DNA from: Raillietiella orientalis
Taxonomy: Eukaryota
Reading direction: 5' to 3'
DNA: 64,000 nucleotides
Assembly: GCA_036172245.1 (NCBI GenBank)
Contig: JAYWIR010000010.1
Span: 2,232,001-2,296,000, forward strand
In this document: one piece after another, positions 1 to 63,794 of the stretch
Numbering within the stretch: position 1 is the first letter of the stretch
How the letters are laid out: every line of letters begins with the position of its first letter
Position numbers and translations under genes: made by a program
Notes under the pieces: generated by a model
The model's database searches: none
What the model saw: only the letters and a program-made list of their open reading frames with translations
What the model was told of the DNA's origin: nothing

Positions 1-20
1 TCCAGAGAAATATTTCTTAC

Positions 21-223
21 CTTGCTGTCACATCGCCACATGAACTCACATGAAGCTACAATGATTTCGATCTTCTCCATATTGCCGTGCTCCGATTCAT
101 CTCCAGCGAACAGCACATCGAAAATCAAAGTTATCTTAAACCTCCCATTTGCTTCCATTCTATCTATGGCTGACATGCATCTTGTGCCATTCTTTTGATG
201 GTGCCTCTTAAGAAGAAGTTCTC
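21..223 (-). CDS. candidate exon of an unidentified gene running off the left edge
   Basis: tatag acceptor, 203-nt open frame (ELLLKRHH...MWRCDSK), strong AAG|gtaaga donor; no recognised homology. Confidence 0.25.
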
Positions 224-3200
224 CTATATTCTAATATTGATTCTACATTAAGTCAATCCCTTGTTGCGTTCACGGTACATCCACTAGACAGACTATATCC
301 TGTATCTGCCATCCCCCTCTATTACCCTATCATCAGTCTTCGTTTCGTAGTCGTTTCTCCCCTGAAGAGGGAGAGAGAGAGCCTTGTGCCAGCTGAAATC
401 AGTTTCAAACTATGTAGAAGAACATTTGATGAAATTTAAAATTAAGCGAAAAGGGCTTTAAATTTAAAATTAAGCGTTCGGGGAAAGAAACATAATACAA
501 GAAATCGTACTTGATCGTAGTATAAAAGACTGTGGAGGATACTTTCAGCAGAAACATTAAAGAAAAACACTTGATTGAGTGCATCTCAAAAGGTCAGTAA
601 AGGTAAAAAATTTTCAATGGGGATGCCAAGATTTTGCAGCCGATGGCAGTCTTCCAAATGGCTTTCTGCCAACCAAAGATGCTTTTTTGTTAGAATTTTT
701 TCTTCAACCGAATTGATTTCTGGTGTCCCCTATATCCAAGCACCGTAATGTGAACAAAGTCCAAATTTCATCTCAAGTCAGCTTCGAATTTCAGTGCACT
801 GTATTAGCATATTTGAAATTTCGAGATTGACATCACAAAGTAATAACCAAGTTCGTTTTGCCATCTGGGCAACTTATACTTTACGAATGTGTTTGCAGTA
901 ATCTTAGTCATTTGGAAGTGCCTCCCAATTGAAATCTACCTACAGAAATATGTATTTCGGAGTCTGCAGCTGAGGAGGGTTCTTAAATAAGAGACTGTCA
1001 AGGATCTCGTAAAATCAGATGAACGTCCGAAAAGACATAAGCAGTAATCTTCCTTCTTCTTCTTTTTCTTTTTTTTTCCAGAGAAAACTGAAAGCACTTC
1101 TACTTTAATATATTCTTAAATTGTTCTTCCACTGTCACACCTGTGCTTTAGTTTTTATCTTATAATTTGTTTTTCATCAGCTGGATTTAAAGAATGTTGG
1201 TATGAGCAGGTGTTGCAATTTCCCGGATGATTTAAGAGCTATTGCCTTCATCTATCTTTTGAAACTATGTTTGGTTAAAAACATCATAAATGACTGGAAC
1301 CGGATAAGGAGCAGTTTTTATGTCTACTGATTTTCGTGTAGGAGGCATCCAACCATCATCTGTTTTCCCTAAATGATTTGCTGGCTGGACCAAGTTCAAA
1401 GCATGGCCGGAGAAATCTTGTGTAAAAGGAAAGAAGGAGATAATCTCGGAATTACACGACAGTCACGGAAGCGAGGTAAGCATTGAAAGGAAAAAAAGAT
1501 GTACTGGAAATGCAGCTCGGAATCCGTCAGTATCTCAGTTTCATTCTCAAATCGTCGTAAAGCTTTTCTTCACAATGATCTTAAAATGCATTATTGGCTC
1601 CATTCCTAAATCGATTTGCTTGCTAGGCTGTGCTTGAGACTGTGGGGGAGGTGCTCCTTGCCGACTTTGGGACAACCACGCTGCAGCCAAGGAAACCGAG
1701 GAGGATGCAGGATTCGTCGCAGGCATCCTCCTGTTCGGATGTTCTTTGGAAGCAGCGAAAAGTGAAGCCGAAGAGCTTTTCTCGTATGACCTTTGGTGTT
1801 CTTTTCAAACTTCCTGTGCTTTTGCATTTCCATGTTCATGTGCACCTGTGCCTCTCCCCCTTTACCTGGAGAATGGCTGTCGCAAGAGGGTGTTCCGGGG
1901 AGCACTACAGTGTGCTATCCTGTGTCTACTTCGTATCGTGATGCACTGCTTTGGATCTTAGGGTTACCTATTTTCCCAACTTTGTCGTTGGGTGTGTGAG
2001 ATTTCTTTTGATAAAAAAAGGATGCCACTGGCATAGGAATGGATCGGCTTCATCGCAAGTTTTTGGCCTCTTAACAAATAAGGGACATGGGTGCCGCAGT
2101 ATGTGCGGAACTTACTTTTATGGTACTTTTTTCTTTCCTTTATAGTTAGTTTCCTTTATTCTTATAGTTCTTCATTTGCAGTGAAGCGCGTGTGATTGTA
2201 CAAAATCTGAAAATGAAAATTTCAGGAGTCAGACAGAAGTGAGTTTTTCCATTTGTTTTTGTTTGATCGAAGGACACAAACTGGAAGACATGAACTGAGC
2301 TATAGCCATGGACTCTTTAAATGATTATCCGTGCCGACTGAAAAGCAAGAATTTCCAGATGGCATTTACGTTCGACTGATAATGAAATTGGGCTTTTGAA
2401 ATTTCAGGATTGTGGAAAGAGCACGGGCTTTCAGCAAATTCAAAAAGTGTTTTGGATTCCTTCTGATTGTTGGTACCGTCGAGTGAGGAAATGGCGCGCG
2501 CGCTCGATGATGGCGCAAAATGAGGTGCAGCTTTTATTGTGTATATCTAAAATCCCTGTTTTGTATTGACTGCCTTAAAATATATGTTTGCGTTACACAG
2601 TAACCATTCCATGACACACATTTCAAGTTGATTCGAAAAGCAGTCTTCGCACCGGATGTGATTTTAGCATTTTTCTGTGTGCAACTTGAATGTAACGTTC
2701 GTTTTTAGAAGAGGATAGGGCCATTTAATTTTCACGGTACCGCTTAGAAAATATCGAGTGTTTGGGGAATGGATGATTGTAACGTATTCCACGAACTGTG
2801 TGCCTCATAAACTGCATCCTCTCACACTTTTTGTTTACACGCAGTTTCCTAGTTTTCAGCAAGTTGATGCGGTGCTTTTAATGTTTTTGTATTTGTTGAG
2901 TAACACATATGAGCTATCCCAGCGATTAAGATTCAAAGTATTTTAAACAATTTGTTTTGTAACTGTTTTTAAAGTTTCATGAAATGGTGAAGGTTTTAGT
3001 AATGCAAGGTCGTAAAACATTCGTAAATTTTAAAGTTGCGTGCGCTCATTGATTGTCTAAAGTGAAATTCTGTGATTTGAAAAATACACAACTTGCACGG
3101 TAGTTTAACATGAATGCTTTTATAGTTCGATAGATACATAACATTAGAATATACCTTTATGCTAGCAATGTCTAATCAGTTGTCTTCCTCATTTGGAAGA

Positions 3201-3273
3201 AATAAAGGGGATGAACTGGGAACCAGAACTGATGTGCTGTGCAACCTGTTCACGTTGCTTGGGCTCATAAATT

Positions 3274-3672
3274 ATGGATTCTGTAGGCGATTCCAGACTT
3301 GTTCCGGAAGAAACAAATAATAGACAGGTGGGATGGCTGAATTTCAATTTTGCAAATAGAACATGTATGTGTAAGGCAGTTCAATCTGTGAGGAATGGAA
3401 ATACATGGCGCTGTCCTTGCTGTCTGGTTTCTTTGCTATCTCATAATGACTATCAGGTGCATGTGCTGCAGCATGGAGTTGCTCCTGTCAGTTGTAGGAG
3501 ATGTCGACGTAGTTTTGCATCAGAACTTCAGCTGTATGCCCATGAATGTGTACTGCCAGCAGAAGGTCCAACAGATCAGCTTATTTGTCCTATGTGTGGG
3601 GTGCAAGTACACTGCACTTCCTTTCCTGTTCATTGGCAGCAGCATTTACTGAATGGTGGTGGCAGCCTATAA
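3274..3672 (+). CDS. small zinc-finger protein (C2H2/C2HC-type)
   Basis: Three CxxC...H motifs: CPCC-x12-HVLQH, CRRC-x12-HEC, CPMC-x11-HWQQH; possible in-frame 48-nt intron at 3328-3375. Confidence 0.65.
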   Translation: MDSVGDSRLVPEETNNRQVGWLNFNFANRTCMCKAVQSVRNGNTWRCPCCLVSLLSHNDYQVHVLQHGVAPVSCRRCRRSFASELQLYAHECVLPAEGPTDQLICPMCGVQVHCTSFPVHWQQHLLNGGGSL

Positions 3673-4597
3673 GTTAACTATCCTTTTTTACTTGCATTGT
3701 TTCAAATTCAAAATTTCAACTGAACATTCATTTTTCTATGTAAATTTTAGTTTGGATGTGGTCCCCACACTTGTTTTCATATTTGTGCCTAGGTTTTTCA
3801 TTTCAACCAATGCATGGTCTGATTTCCAACACTGGAGAAATACTAAAGAGCTAGCCTGTTTCAAGCATTTGTATTTTGAATCAGATTGTGTTTGTTTACA
3901 AAAGTGGGGGGAGGAGGAAAAAAAAGGTTCATTATGCATTTGTTTTTCTTTCATAAACACATTTCAGTGACCATTTTATAACAAAGCATTGTGAACTGCT
4001 ACAAGGAGATTGATCTACTTTCAGCATCTGGTCTGAGAAAGGAACTTGAAGCAAGCCTTCAATATTGATTATTCAGATTATATCCCATTGTTTGTGCTAC
4101 AAGCATTACATGGATGCATGTGAGCTTGACTAACAGAAAGAAACAATGTATTCCAATGCATTGCATTATATTGTATTACTGTGGATTTTTTTTTTTGTAG
4201 GAAGATAGGAAAACCTTTATTTTGTGACTAATAAGCTTTTTCATCAGTTAAAAGCATAGTTTCCACAACTTTATTTCCTAGTGATCAACTTATGAAAGAA
4301 TCATAAACCTCATAATTCTCCATTTGAATTGTCCAGCTTCATTTGTTGCAGTCACATGTTAAAGTAAATCTTCTCAAGATGAGCTCATCCAATTTCACAC
4401 GTTCTTTTTCTAATCTCGTTTCAGGTTAGTCCACTTTGATTTCAGCAGGTGTTAGTACAGAATTTGGCAGAAAGTTAGGGTGGATCATTTGAAAATTATG
4501 AAAATTTTATTTGATCTGCAAGTGATGATCCAATAAAATTTTATTTGATCACAATCCAGAAAATTCATCGCAGTTACGCCGGAACCTATTGTATTCC

Positions 4598-4776
4598 TAT
4601 CGATGTTTGAATTTGCTCTTTTAAGTGAGCTTGATTTGAAAGCAAACACAAGTTGCAATTACCGAACATGGTGTTCAGGAAGGTTTGGAGCTAGGTGTAA
4701 GGGGATGCTTACGCCTAATTTTTTTTTGATGGAGCAGTAACTTCCTTTCCGGGAAAACAGCGCGAAAGTTTCAAAA
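4598..4776. promoter_or_regulatory. promoter-like motif cluster (E2F site + CHR-like element, STAT-like palindrome, DRE-like)
   Basis: GCGCGAAA 4760-4767 directly followed by TTTCAAA 4769-4775; TTCCGGGAA 4747-4755; TATCGATG 4598-4605. Confidence 0.35.
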
Positions 4777-6210
4777 TTGGTTGCGGAAACGAACTTTCAC
4801 AAATATAATGTTTTCTCCTCTGATGACAGTTGAGCAATTGACAAAACTGGAATGTTTGCAGCAGCAGTTTTGAGAGCAGCAACTCCCAGCAAACGTATTT
4901 ACAGATTTTTACAGCCACTGCTAATACACCGAATTCGCAAAAGCAGCTGTACACAACCAAGAAAAGCGTACACGTTGCCGCAATGAAAAACAGTACGAGC
5001 AGAGCATGAAGTTTTGCCCAGTAGGCAGCTTAGTCTCAATGCATTGTCTCGAGCTCCCGATATTGCACCCACAGTCAAGTCAAAGAATGGTGCCAAAAAA
5101 TTTTAAAATATGCTCTTCATACAAAGTATGCTTATGAGTAAAAGACTTTTTTTTTTTTTTTTTTGTAACGCGTGAAACCCAGAATTCCCACATCCGTGCT
5201 TGAGCAGCAATGCCACTATCAATTCGAAGGGTTGCCAGCGTATGCCAAGCTGATACTTCGGTTGCGAAGGTGTCGAACGGAGCTAGAAATTTCAACATCC
5301 CGTGGACATTAGGTGATCAAAACTTCATGGTGAAAAATTGCAGCAGGGGTGGTTTTCCAGTTCCTGTGTAAATGTTTGGAGGGAGAAATTCTGCAGAATG
5401 TTTCAGACTAGGTAGTGTGGAAAAAAGTGTTTTATACATTTTTGTCAAAATTTGTACACTTTTCTGAAAAACAAAACAGGAATTACTAAAGCCGCTTAGG
5501 AACATTTATTCATTGTTTCCAGTCAGCAGGAATTCGTACATCAGGAATAATCCAAGATATGCGAGCTCATTAAGTGCCAAAAACACTTAGGGGCTCTGCT
5601 GTTTAGACTTCGAAATTGCCTATTACGGGATGCCTGCTTAACCGGTGAATGGTTCATTCAGGAATTTATATCACAAGGAGCTTAATCCGACTCCATAAAT
5701 TTCTTTGCAAACAGTATTCGTTCACGACAAGTGGAGCTAATTATTCTGATTAGAATTACCTAAAAATTCATGTACTATTTCATGCTGTACGTGTTGCTTT
5801 TAGGTCTTTTTCATTCTCTTCAGGTTTCATGCAAATACTGCACATCTTGTAGCCTGTGGATAGGATCGAAAGCAATCAATGAAATCGCGTCACTCCAAAC
5901 TTCATGTCAATGCTGAGCGCAGAGATGAAACATCTGATTGAAGAATTCAATCAAAACAATCTGAAACATTCAGATAGAAAAAACTGATTCTTGATGAACT
6001 ATTTTGATTTGTTTTTCTAATATTCCATAGATTCCGATGAAGTAAATGGTATACCTCATGTTCAAGTATAGAACTTGAATAGAGCAAGGAACTGTAGAAA
6101 CAAGTTTCGAAAAAAGGTAGAAAAGGAAGCTTCAGGAGACATATTTAAATGAAACCAATCACAATAAGTACAGAAGATGGAAGAATTATGCTTGCTTCTT
6201 ATATTCCGCT

Positions 6211-6246
6211 CAAGTTTGAATAGGATCTTGATCCTATTCAAACTTG
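6211..6246. repeat. perfect 17-bp inverted repeat with 2-nt spacer
   Basis: caagtttgaataggatc-tt-gatcctattcaaacttg. Confidence 0.95.
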
Positions 6247-6549
6247 TTTACCCTGATTGTTATTTTTTTATTATATACTAATGCGCGGAAGTGAAAACAA
6301 GATCATTCTGATGAAAAATGCTTGGTGACATGATTAACTTCGGGAAGAAGAAGGCGGAAACATCTGTTCTGGAACTCGATCTTTTCTAACGTTTGAGCAT
6401 TGAAATAGCAGAAAATGACCTATAATGCAAACGCAGAAGCACTAATGTGCACATAAGGAGGAACAGTGCGCCTTCAAAATTGCCATCTTCACTTAATGAA
6501 AATCCCTGCGGTCCCAGTTTACTGGAGCGGATCGTTCTGGAAGCACCAG

Positions 6550-7600
6550 GAGAAGCAATAATGCATCGGAGGCACCGTTGTCATGCCATGCAGATATGCG
6601 TTTAGAAGTGGACGTTTTCAAGACGGGGCTGCGAAATGCGTTTCCGTTTCCCGGTGAAAATGCCGTTTCACCATGCAGTTGCTATCATGAAAACGCGAAG
6701 TTGGTCAACAAGACCGATGCCATCTTGGAAGAGGACACATTCTGTGGTCTGATCACTGTCAAGCAACCACTGCGCATGGATACATTTCCAAGGACCTCAA
6801 AGACTTTCAAACTTGGAGATGCTGCAACTGGTTTGGTCCGCAATAGATCTAAGCGTCGAAGATACTGTGTCAAAGCAGGAGACTGTGGACTGAGACTGAT
6901 CTGACCTGTTGTCAGATTGTACTTTCCTGGTCCTCGAAGGAACTCCAGACTACCTCGTTTCTTGAGGAAATCCCACCAGAGCATCTCGGCTCACTGCAGG
7001 TGGTGGTGGGTAAGAGTTTAGTTGTGTCCGTTTTCCGTGTGTGCTTCCTATGTCAGGAGCGATGTCCAAGAAGAGCAGAGGGTAAAAAGCAACGTGTGAA
7101 TCTTTCAAAGGGCTGTAAACCTCGCAGATCAAGGGACAAATGATCTTTCTGGACATGATACTCAGTAGTATTTCCGCCTTCACGCCCTTCGAGGAGTATC
7201 GGGACAGTGAGAAGAACGGGATTCGGAGGCATCCAATCGGGACGCTACTCGAGAAGAGGACACGGTGCGTTGTGGGCTCCAGGCTCTTTGGGATTGCAAG
7301 CGGGGGTGCCTGCGAGCCCTCACAGTGCACGAAAGCAGAAAAAATTCTTTCTGTCGCAAGGGATGCTCCCGTGTTGCGTGTGCGGCACCTCCTGGTCCTG
7401 AACCTTCTGGTCATTTGGCGTGCGTGCTTTGCCTCGTCTTGCCTCTCATGAATGCGTAGGAGGAAAGGTGGCGACCGGTTCACTCGGTCGTTTCCAGATA
7501 AGATCCTATGGTGACGCAACCTGGTGGTAGCGGGGAAACCTTTTCCACCGCGAGTGAGGAAAGGGTGGCCATCAAGGTTTGAGTTCCCTCCCCCTTCCTC
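6550..7600 (-). mobile_element. possible decayed LINE APE-endonuclease remnant
   Basis: Ordered degenerate motifs ICEVYSP ... LDLL ... SDHR across frameshifts. Confidence 0.3.
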
Positions 7601-8115
7601 CAGCTCCACTGCAGCTCCCCGCTTTCCTCATCGCAAATCCGAAGAAGAAGGAAGAAGGATGTCATAAGGAGAACACCCTGATGAGACAGCCGTCTTCCCC
7701 CGGAGGGACGCACACTTCGTCACCTCGTTGTCACCACTGTGTATTTTTTCGCCCCAACGACGTGGGGGTGCGCTTGCGCCAGCACACGAAAAAACCCTGC
7801 ACCGACAAATCGACTCCTTCCCCCTTCCTTCCTCTCTTCCGGGAGGGAGGAGGGAGAGAAGGAGGAAGAGAAGACGCACTCGAGCGACAGCGGTTCGTCC
7901 TCCTGTCCTTTTTTCGTCTTTTCTTCCTCCTCCTCTTCCTCCAGACGAGCGTCAAAAAGGCACGAATTTCTTCTTCTTCGGAGGCTCCAGGGAAGAGAGG
8001 GCGGCTCGTGAGGTCGGGTGGAAAGCTCACCGGGATTCGCCAGCACGGGTTGACCTCATAAAGTGGATCGTGGCATCACAGACATATCACAGGATCCCCT
8101 TCCCTTCCTACCCCT

Positions 8116-58730
<50,615 letters not shown>

Positions 58731-60049
58731 CTACAAAAGCGTTCACGATCAGGAGTGCCCGTTGCCTGGATGACATTTCAAGGAATTCATTTTTTTTTTC
58801 TTTTCTTTTCTCTTTTGTTTTTATTCGCACCATAGACATCACGCAGCGCGTAGGCGGGGACTTCTTGGGAGTCGACCTGCAAACCCGGGAACAACACGCA
58901 AACGCGTCGCGAACCTCCTCCGCCATGAGAAGAGCGGCGGGAAAGGAAGACAGGGCGATCCCACTTGCCCGCTACGGTGGGGTTAGCGTGGCGCGAGGAA
59001 GAGGAGGTCCTTCCACTGGAAGCGGGAAGTGACAACCGGTGGAAGGGTAAAGAGGAGTGCAGTGCGCGCGCTTTGCGAGCCTCCCGGTGGGAAAACCAGC
59101 GCTCCGCCGAGGAGAGAGAAACAAAATCTTCCAGGTCGGGGGAGGAGATCGGCAAGGAGTGGCGAACTCCTGCGCGGTGTGTCTCCAGGATCCCCTAATT
59201 CCATCGCTGCCTCAATTAATTCCTACCCAGCATCCATTCCCGGGATCACAACTTCCCGTTTCCGGGATTAGAGAAGCTTCGAGAATCCGGGAGCAGCACG
59301 ATCTTGTGGCCCCATCTCCGCCGATGCGCGGGAACCCCCAAGCCGCTTCGCTCGGGAAGCGAACGACCCTCAGGAACGGGCGATCCGATCGATCCGCAAT
59401 CCCCCCGCTTTGCAGGTCATACTTTATTAATTTCGCGGGAGTTTCGCTGTTTGCAGATCGCCTTCAGCGTCCCTCTGCGATCTCTGCCCTCGCCACAGTG
59501 AACTCAACTTGGTTTCCCTCAGAGCCCTTCTCCAGATTCCCGGGATCTCTGCCACAGGTGAGTTCTGGAGCTCTCCCCATCCAAAAGATCTGGAGGTCAC
59601 CGTGGGCAAGTGAGCAGATGGGGAGAGACTTCCTTTCCTCTTCACCTCCGTCGTCTCTGTGGGCCAGATGACGCGGGTGGGGAAGGGAATGTTCCTCTCC
59701 GAGGCGAGGGCAGGTGCACGCAGCGGGTCTCGGATACCCGGTCTTCCCTTTGCGTCGGGCTGGGTCTACTCGCTCGAACGTAGCTGCCGCTCGGACGCCG
59801 AACACGGGAGTCCCTGGCCACTCGGGTGAGGGGGAGCTTCCTGCTTGGTCTCTCGGATGACGTGCTGGTCAGTGGGTTCAGTGGATGCTCCGGCTGTGTT
59901 GGAGTCCCTCGAAGATGAGTATCGAAAAAATCCATCGGTCCCTACACTCCTCCCTGCCTCCATGATGTGTCAGCACTCTCGTTTAAAGTGCAACTCGTAA
60001 AAGACTGCTCCGTGGATTCGGTGCTTCATATCAGTGGTGCCCACAAGAG

Positions 60050-61300
60050 CCACTGTGGCTACTCCCAACTCGAAGAGCATCCAGTACTTGAACCCAATCA
60101 AGCATCTTGTTCGTTCTTATACTCAGCTTCAGATCGGCTGCGAATCGATACCAACAAAAAAAGAAAAAGGAAACGCCCACCGAGGTGTTCTTAGCACTCG
60201 ATCTGGAAAGGGATTCTTCCAGAGCAGGTTCAAGGAAGAAGACCGTTCGCTCTGTCTATGAAGAATGGATTCTTCGCCTCTCTTTCTTGACCTACATGCG
60301 TCTGCTCAAACGAATTTTGGATGTTTGCTTTGAAAGCAAACCGGATGGCTCGATCGAAACGCAGCTACGCAAGATGCTGCTGCCGACCATCACGATGAGC
60401 GCTGCTGAAGCGCATCAAGAAATTCCATCCAATCCGGCTTTTACCCTCTGGTAAGAAGTGGCGACATTTGAGCTTTATGCTCTTGAAAACGACAGTCCTT
60501 TCATCACGTTCCCGTCCGTGAACACTCTCGAGTCCTTCATGGAAGCGCCTGTTGTCCACCTTCCAGGGAAGCAATGGAACGAGTGCGAGCTGTTGCTTGC
60601 CTAAGGAGGGAGGCGGCTTTCTTCCATCTGAAGAAACAGCACCTGCAGGGTACAGCCAAGTCCGGAGCACTCTTGGAGCAGCGGTTGGTCCAACTGGGAA
60701 TCAATTGCTCCTTTTGCATAGCCATTCAAATCTCAGACACTTTTTTACTAATGATCTTTGGATTATTCCGAAGTCACGAACAGAACCGCCCTCTGTTTCT
60801 CGCTGCATGCCTAAACCGAATTTGGCGCTCTTTATTCACTCCCTTCTGATTCCCGGTGTCCATCAAATCACGAAGAACCTGTTGGTTTGGAGCTGCATTC
60901 CACTCCTCCCTCGGCATTCCAGGGACTAAGAGCCCTTTTTAATGCTTCCATCTTCCCGTACAAGAGCGAGATCTACTTCGCTAGCCGGGCCCTATGAGCC
61001 ATTCCTATCGCTTGGTCCACGAGCACGCTGGTGAGATTTCTCCCATCAGCCTTTCTCAGAGAGAGCCTTAACGATTGCTCACTGAACATCTTCTGGAAGC
61101 CGGGGAGACTTCATTCATCCACATACGAGAATCATTAGCGCTGCCAATTGCAAATCTCCTTTTCCCACGGAAAGGGCAAAGTGTCTGAATTGACGCAAGC
61201 TCCACAGAGCTACATTGACGTCATATCGAGCTGTTGGTTTCCATGGACTCACACTAGATGATTCTTTGAGGATTTCTTCGACAGGAGGTGATGAACCCTT
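60050..61300 (-). mobile_element. decayed Mutator-like transposase remnant
   Basis: Ordered relics RYDVNV...SVGKG, DGSIKKG.SL (DGSW.KRG-like), PTG..D, HRDG (GDGD-like), THV. Confidence 0.5.
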
Positions 61301-62999
61301 TCACGCTCCCTGTTTCAGATGTGTTAGATGCTCTCCGATCGCCCAGTTCTGACGATCATTCTGCTCGAATGAAGGATTGGGTGCATTTGCGGGCGCTGAT
61401 GGAACTCTTTATCACTAGGCAACCTCCTTCCAATTTCCTCATATCTAGGAAAGACGCTTTTTCTTTCCTTTTTTTTTCATTTGCCTTTTATGTTTTTGTT
61501 TTTTTTTTCCCCGCAAGGCTGACCGAAAAGATGTTACAGCAGCTGCTTTTTCGTCTCCGACTCTTGCCAGCTCGCAAGCCTCCCTAAAGTGCCACTTCCA
61601 TTGGACATTTGTGTCCTTAGGAAAGGAATTCTCAGCCTCCCCGTCAAATGCATCCTACTCGAAGTTCCATGCTGATTCGTCGAAGTTCCTTTCTCAGGTT
61701 GAGCAGCGGTCGTGTTCGTCAGAAATCCCTTAAAGCAGCTGTGTACACCTTTTCCAAGGTGTTAACTCATAGGATGTTGTTTCTTGAAGGTGGCATTCTT
61801 TTTCACAGATGATAACATTTTGTGGTCCATGAGAAGAATTTCCATTGATGGAAAAAAAAAAAAACCCTCTAAGAAGTCCGATGCCCGTGGAACGAGCCTA
61901 CCAAAAGCCGAACGTGCTTCTACTGGGAGAAGAGGAGATTACCTCAGCAGAGAATTACATTAACGGAGAATTTTACGCAAACTCTGGAGCCCGATCCCAT
62001 TAGCATCTCAGCAAGCACGTCAGATTCGCGTTCCCCCGTTCTGCACTTTCCATAAGTTCCCTCGGATTCTGGAAGGGAACCAGACAAAAACCCGGAGAGT
62101 TTGGTGTAGGTAATGCAAACAGAAGTTGACATGGAAATGCGTTGCACGGCAAACAGACGAGATGTTCAGAGGTGACAAAAGACAGAAAACACAGAGGCGG
62201 GTTGAGCCGAGAGATAATGCCAGCCGGTGCATCCGCTCTTTCTCGCCTGCTTCGTTTGATCTTGGCAGGAGAGGCAAACAGAAACACCTCCAGCCCGTGT
62301 TTGAAATCTCGACGTTCGCTCGGCAGTGTTCCCTCTCTGGAAAACCCTTCGGCAAACAGGAACTTTTTTTTTTTTTTTTTCCGTAGGTCTTTGGGGACTT
62401 CGAATGTCGCATTTCCCGCGGTTGCGCAGAAGAGTTTTTTTTTTCTCAGAGTTTCGTCAAAACAACTTCAGATGTCAGCTCTTGAACTCGTGCATGGCTG
62501 CGTCCGATGACCCGACACACCACGAGCAAAGAAACTTTTCTGTTTAAAAAAAATAAGCAAATAAAAATAACGCACGTCACTGCATCAACGTCCTTTTTCC
62601 GGAGGATGGGTTTCTTACAGAGCATGACTGCGAAACGGAGATGGACTGCTGTGCTGTATCACAGTCACCGGACGCGTCCACCGTCGTGTCCCGATGTACC
62701 CAGATCAGGAAACACTTTCGAGTCTCAGTCCCAGACAACTCGACTGAGTCGTGGGTGCATGGACCAGAGGAAGCGAAAACACCCGACCCGACATTCAGGG
62801 AAGCCCAGCCTTTCTGAAGCCTTGGTTGGGAATCGACATCCTGCGTGAAACAAGAATTTAGTGGATCGCCAGCAGGTAACAGGTCACTAGCTGGATTCCT
62901 TCCCATTTGGAGGCAGTCGTTCAAACTCATTGGTTGCCTTTAATTCTTTTTTGAATTTCTTTTGGTTTCCTTTCTCTCCCGAGAGCACCTTCTTAAACA

Positions 63000-63260
63000 C
63001 CATTCTCGCGTACCCCGTTTTCCTGTCCCGTAAGCTTTTGCTCTCTCGATGGTGGAGACCTTTCCTCTAGGAGTGACGACGTTCACGCTTCATGCTTTTG
63101 AAAGTGACAGTTTTTCCTTCACTTTCCCATTCGGAAGCAAGCGCAAGTCCTTCATGAAAGAGCGAGCCGAGCGGAGTGTGATCTGCCCGCGGTTGTGAAA
63201 AGACTGGACTCGAGTGGTCAAGATGGACGCCATCATGATCAACGTGCCCTGCGTTCGTGG
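63000..63260 (-). mobile_element. second fragment related to 60440-60560
   Basis: FHEGLALASEWESEGKTVTFKSMKRERRH versus FHEGLESVHGRERDERTVVFKSIKLKCRH. Confidence 0.5.
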
Positions 63261-63794
63261 CACCCCTGCAGACAACGATCGGTGTTCCGAGGAGGCTGAG
63301 CTTTGGAAACTCCCGACTTGACTTCGAAAATTCTCCTGCCTGTCCTGCGGGCTCCGTGGCCGCTCGCAGCTCTCGGGACATCTACCGGAAGCGCGTGCAT
63401 GTCAAGCCGACCGGCTGAAATGCCACGGCAACCTGAAAAACCGGGTCAAGAGTCCGATCCCCAGGACTTGCGAATCAAGCTAGCTTGCGATCCCGCGTGT
63501 GGCTGCTTTCCCATTCCTTCCCTGTAATCGAATTTATTTCACTTTCCTGGAAGAGGGATTTTATATTCTTCTCGACTTTCATTTCTTTGGGGCTCCATCT
63601 TGGACTCTTCCTTTTTTATTTCTGTGATGAATTCTGGTCCCCGTTCGCTTGATTTATCCTCCTCCTTCAGTCAGGATTAATCTAGCTTTTTCTCCTATTG
63701 GACTTTTCTTTTCCTTTCTTTTTTTTGGGGGAGGGGGAGGGGTCTCAAAGTGCCGGACTCTGTCCATGCCATCCGAGGGTGCATGTGACACTTC

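Noticed and set aside
432..476. 17-bp direct repeat aaatttaaaattaagcg x2 (similar 16-bp repeat at 4501-4550)
   Set aside because: Two-copy local duplications in AT-rich DNA; not an array and no sign of function.
59760..59960. Possible C2A exon (PTDQHVIRETKQEAPP)
   Set aside because: Only vague resemblance to the C2A end, lacking the FELP-type motif and a convincing splice context.
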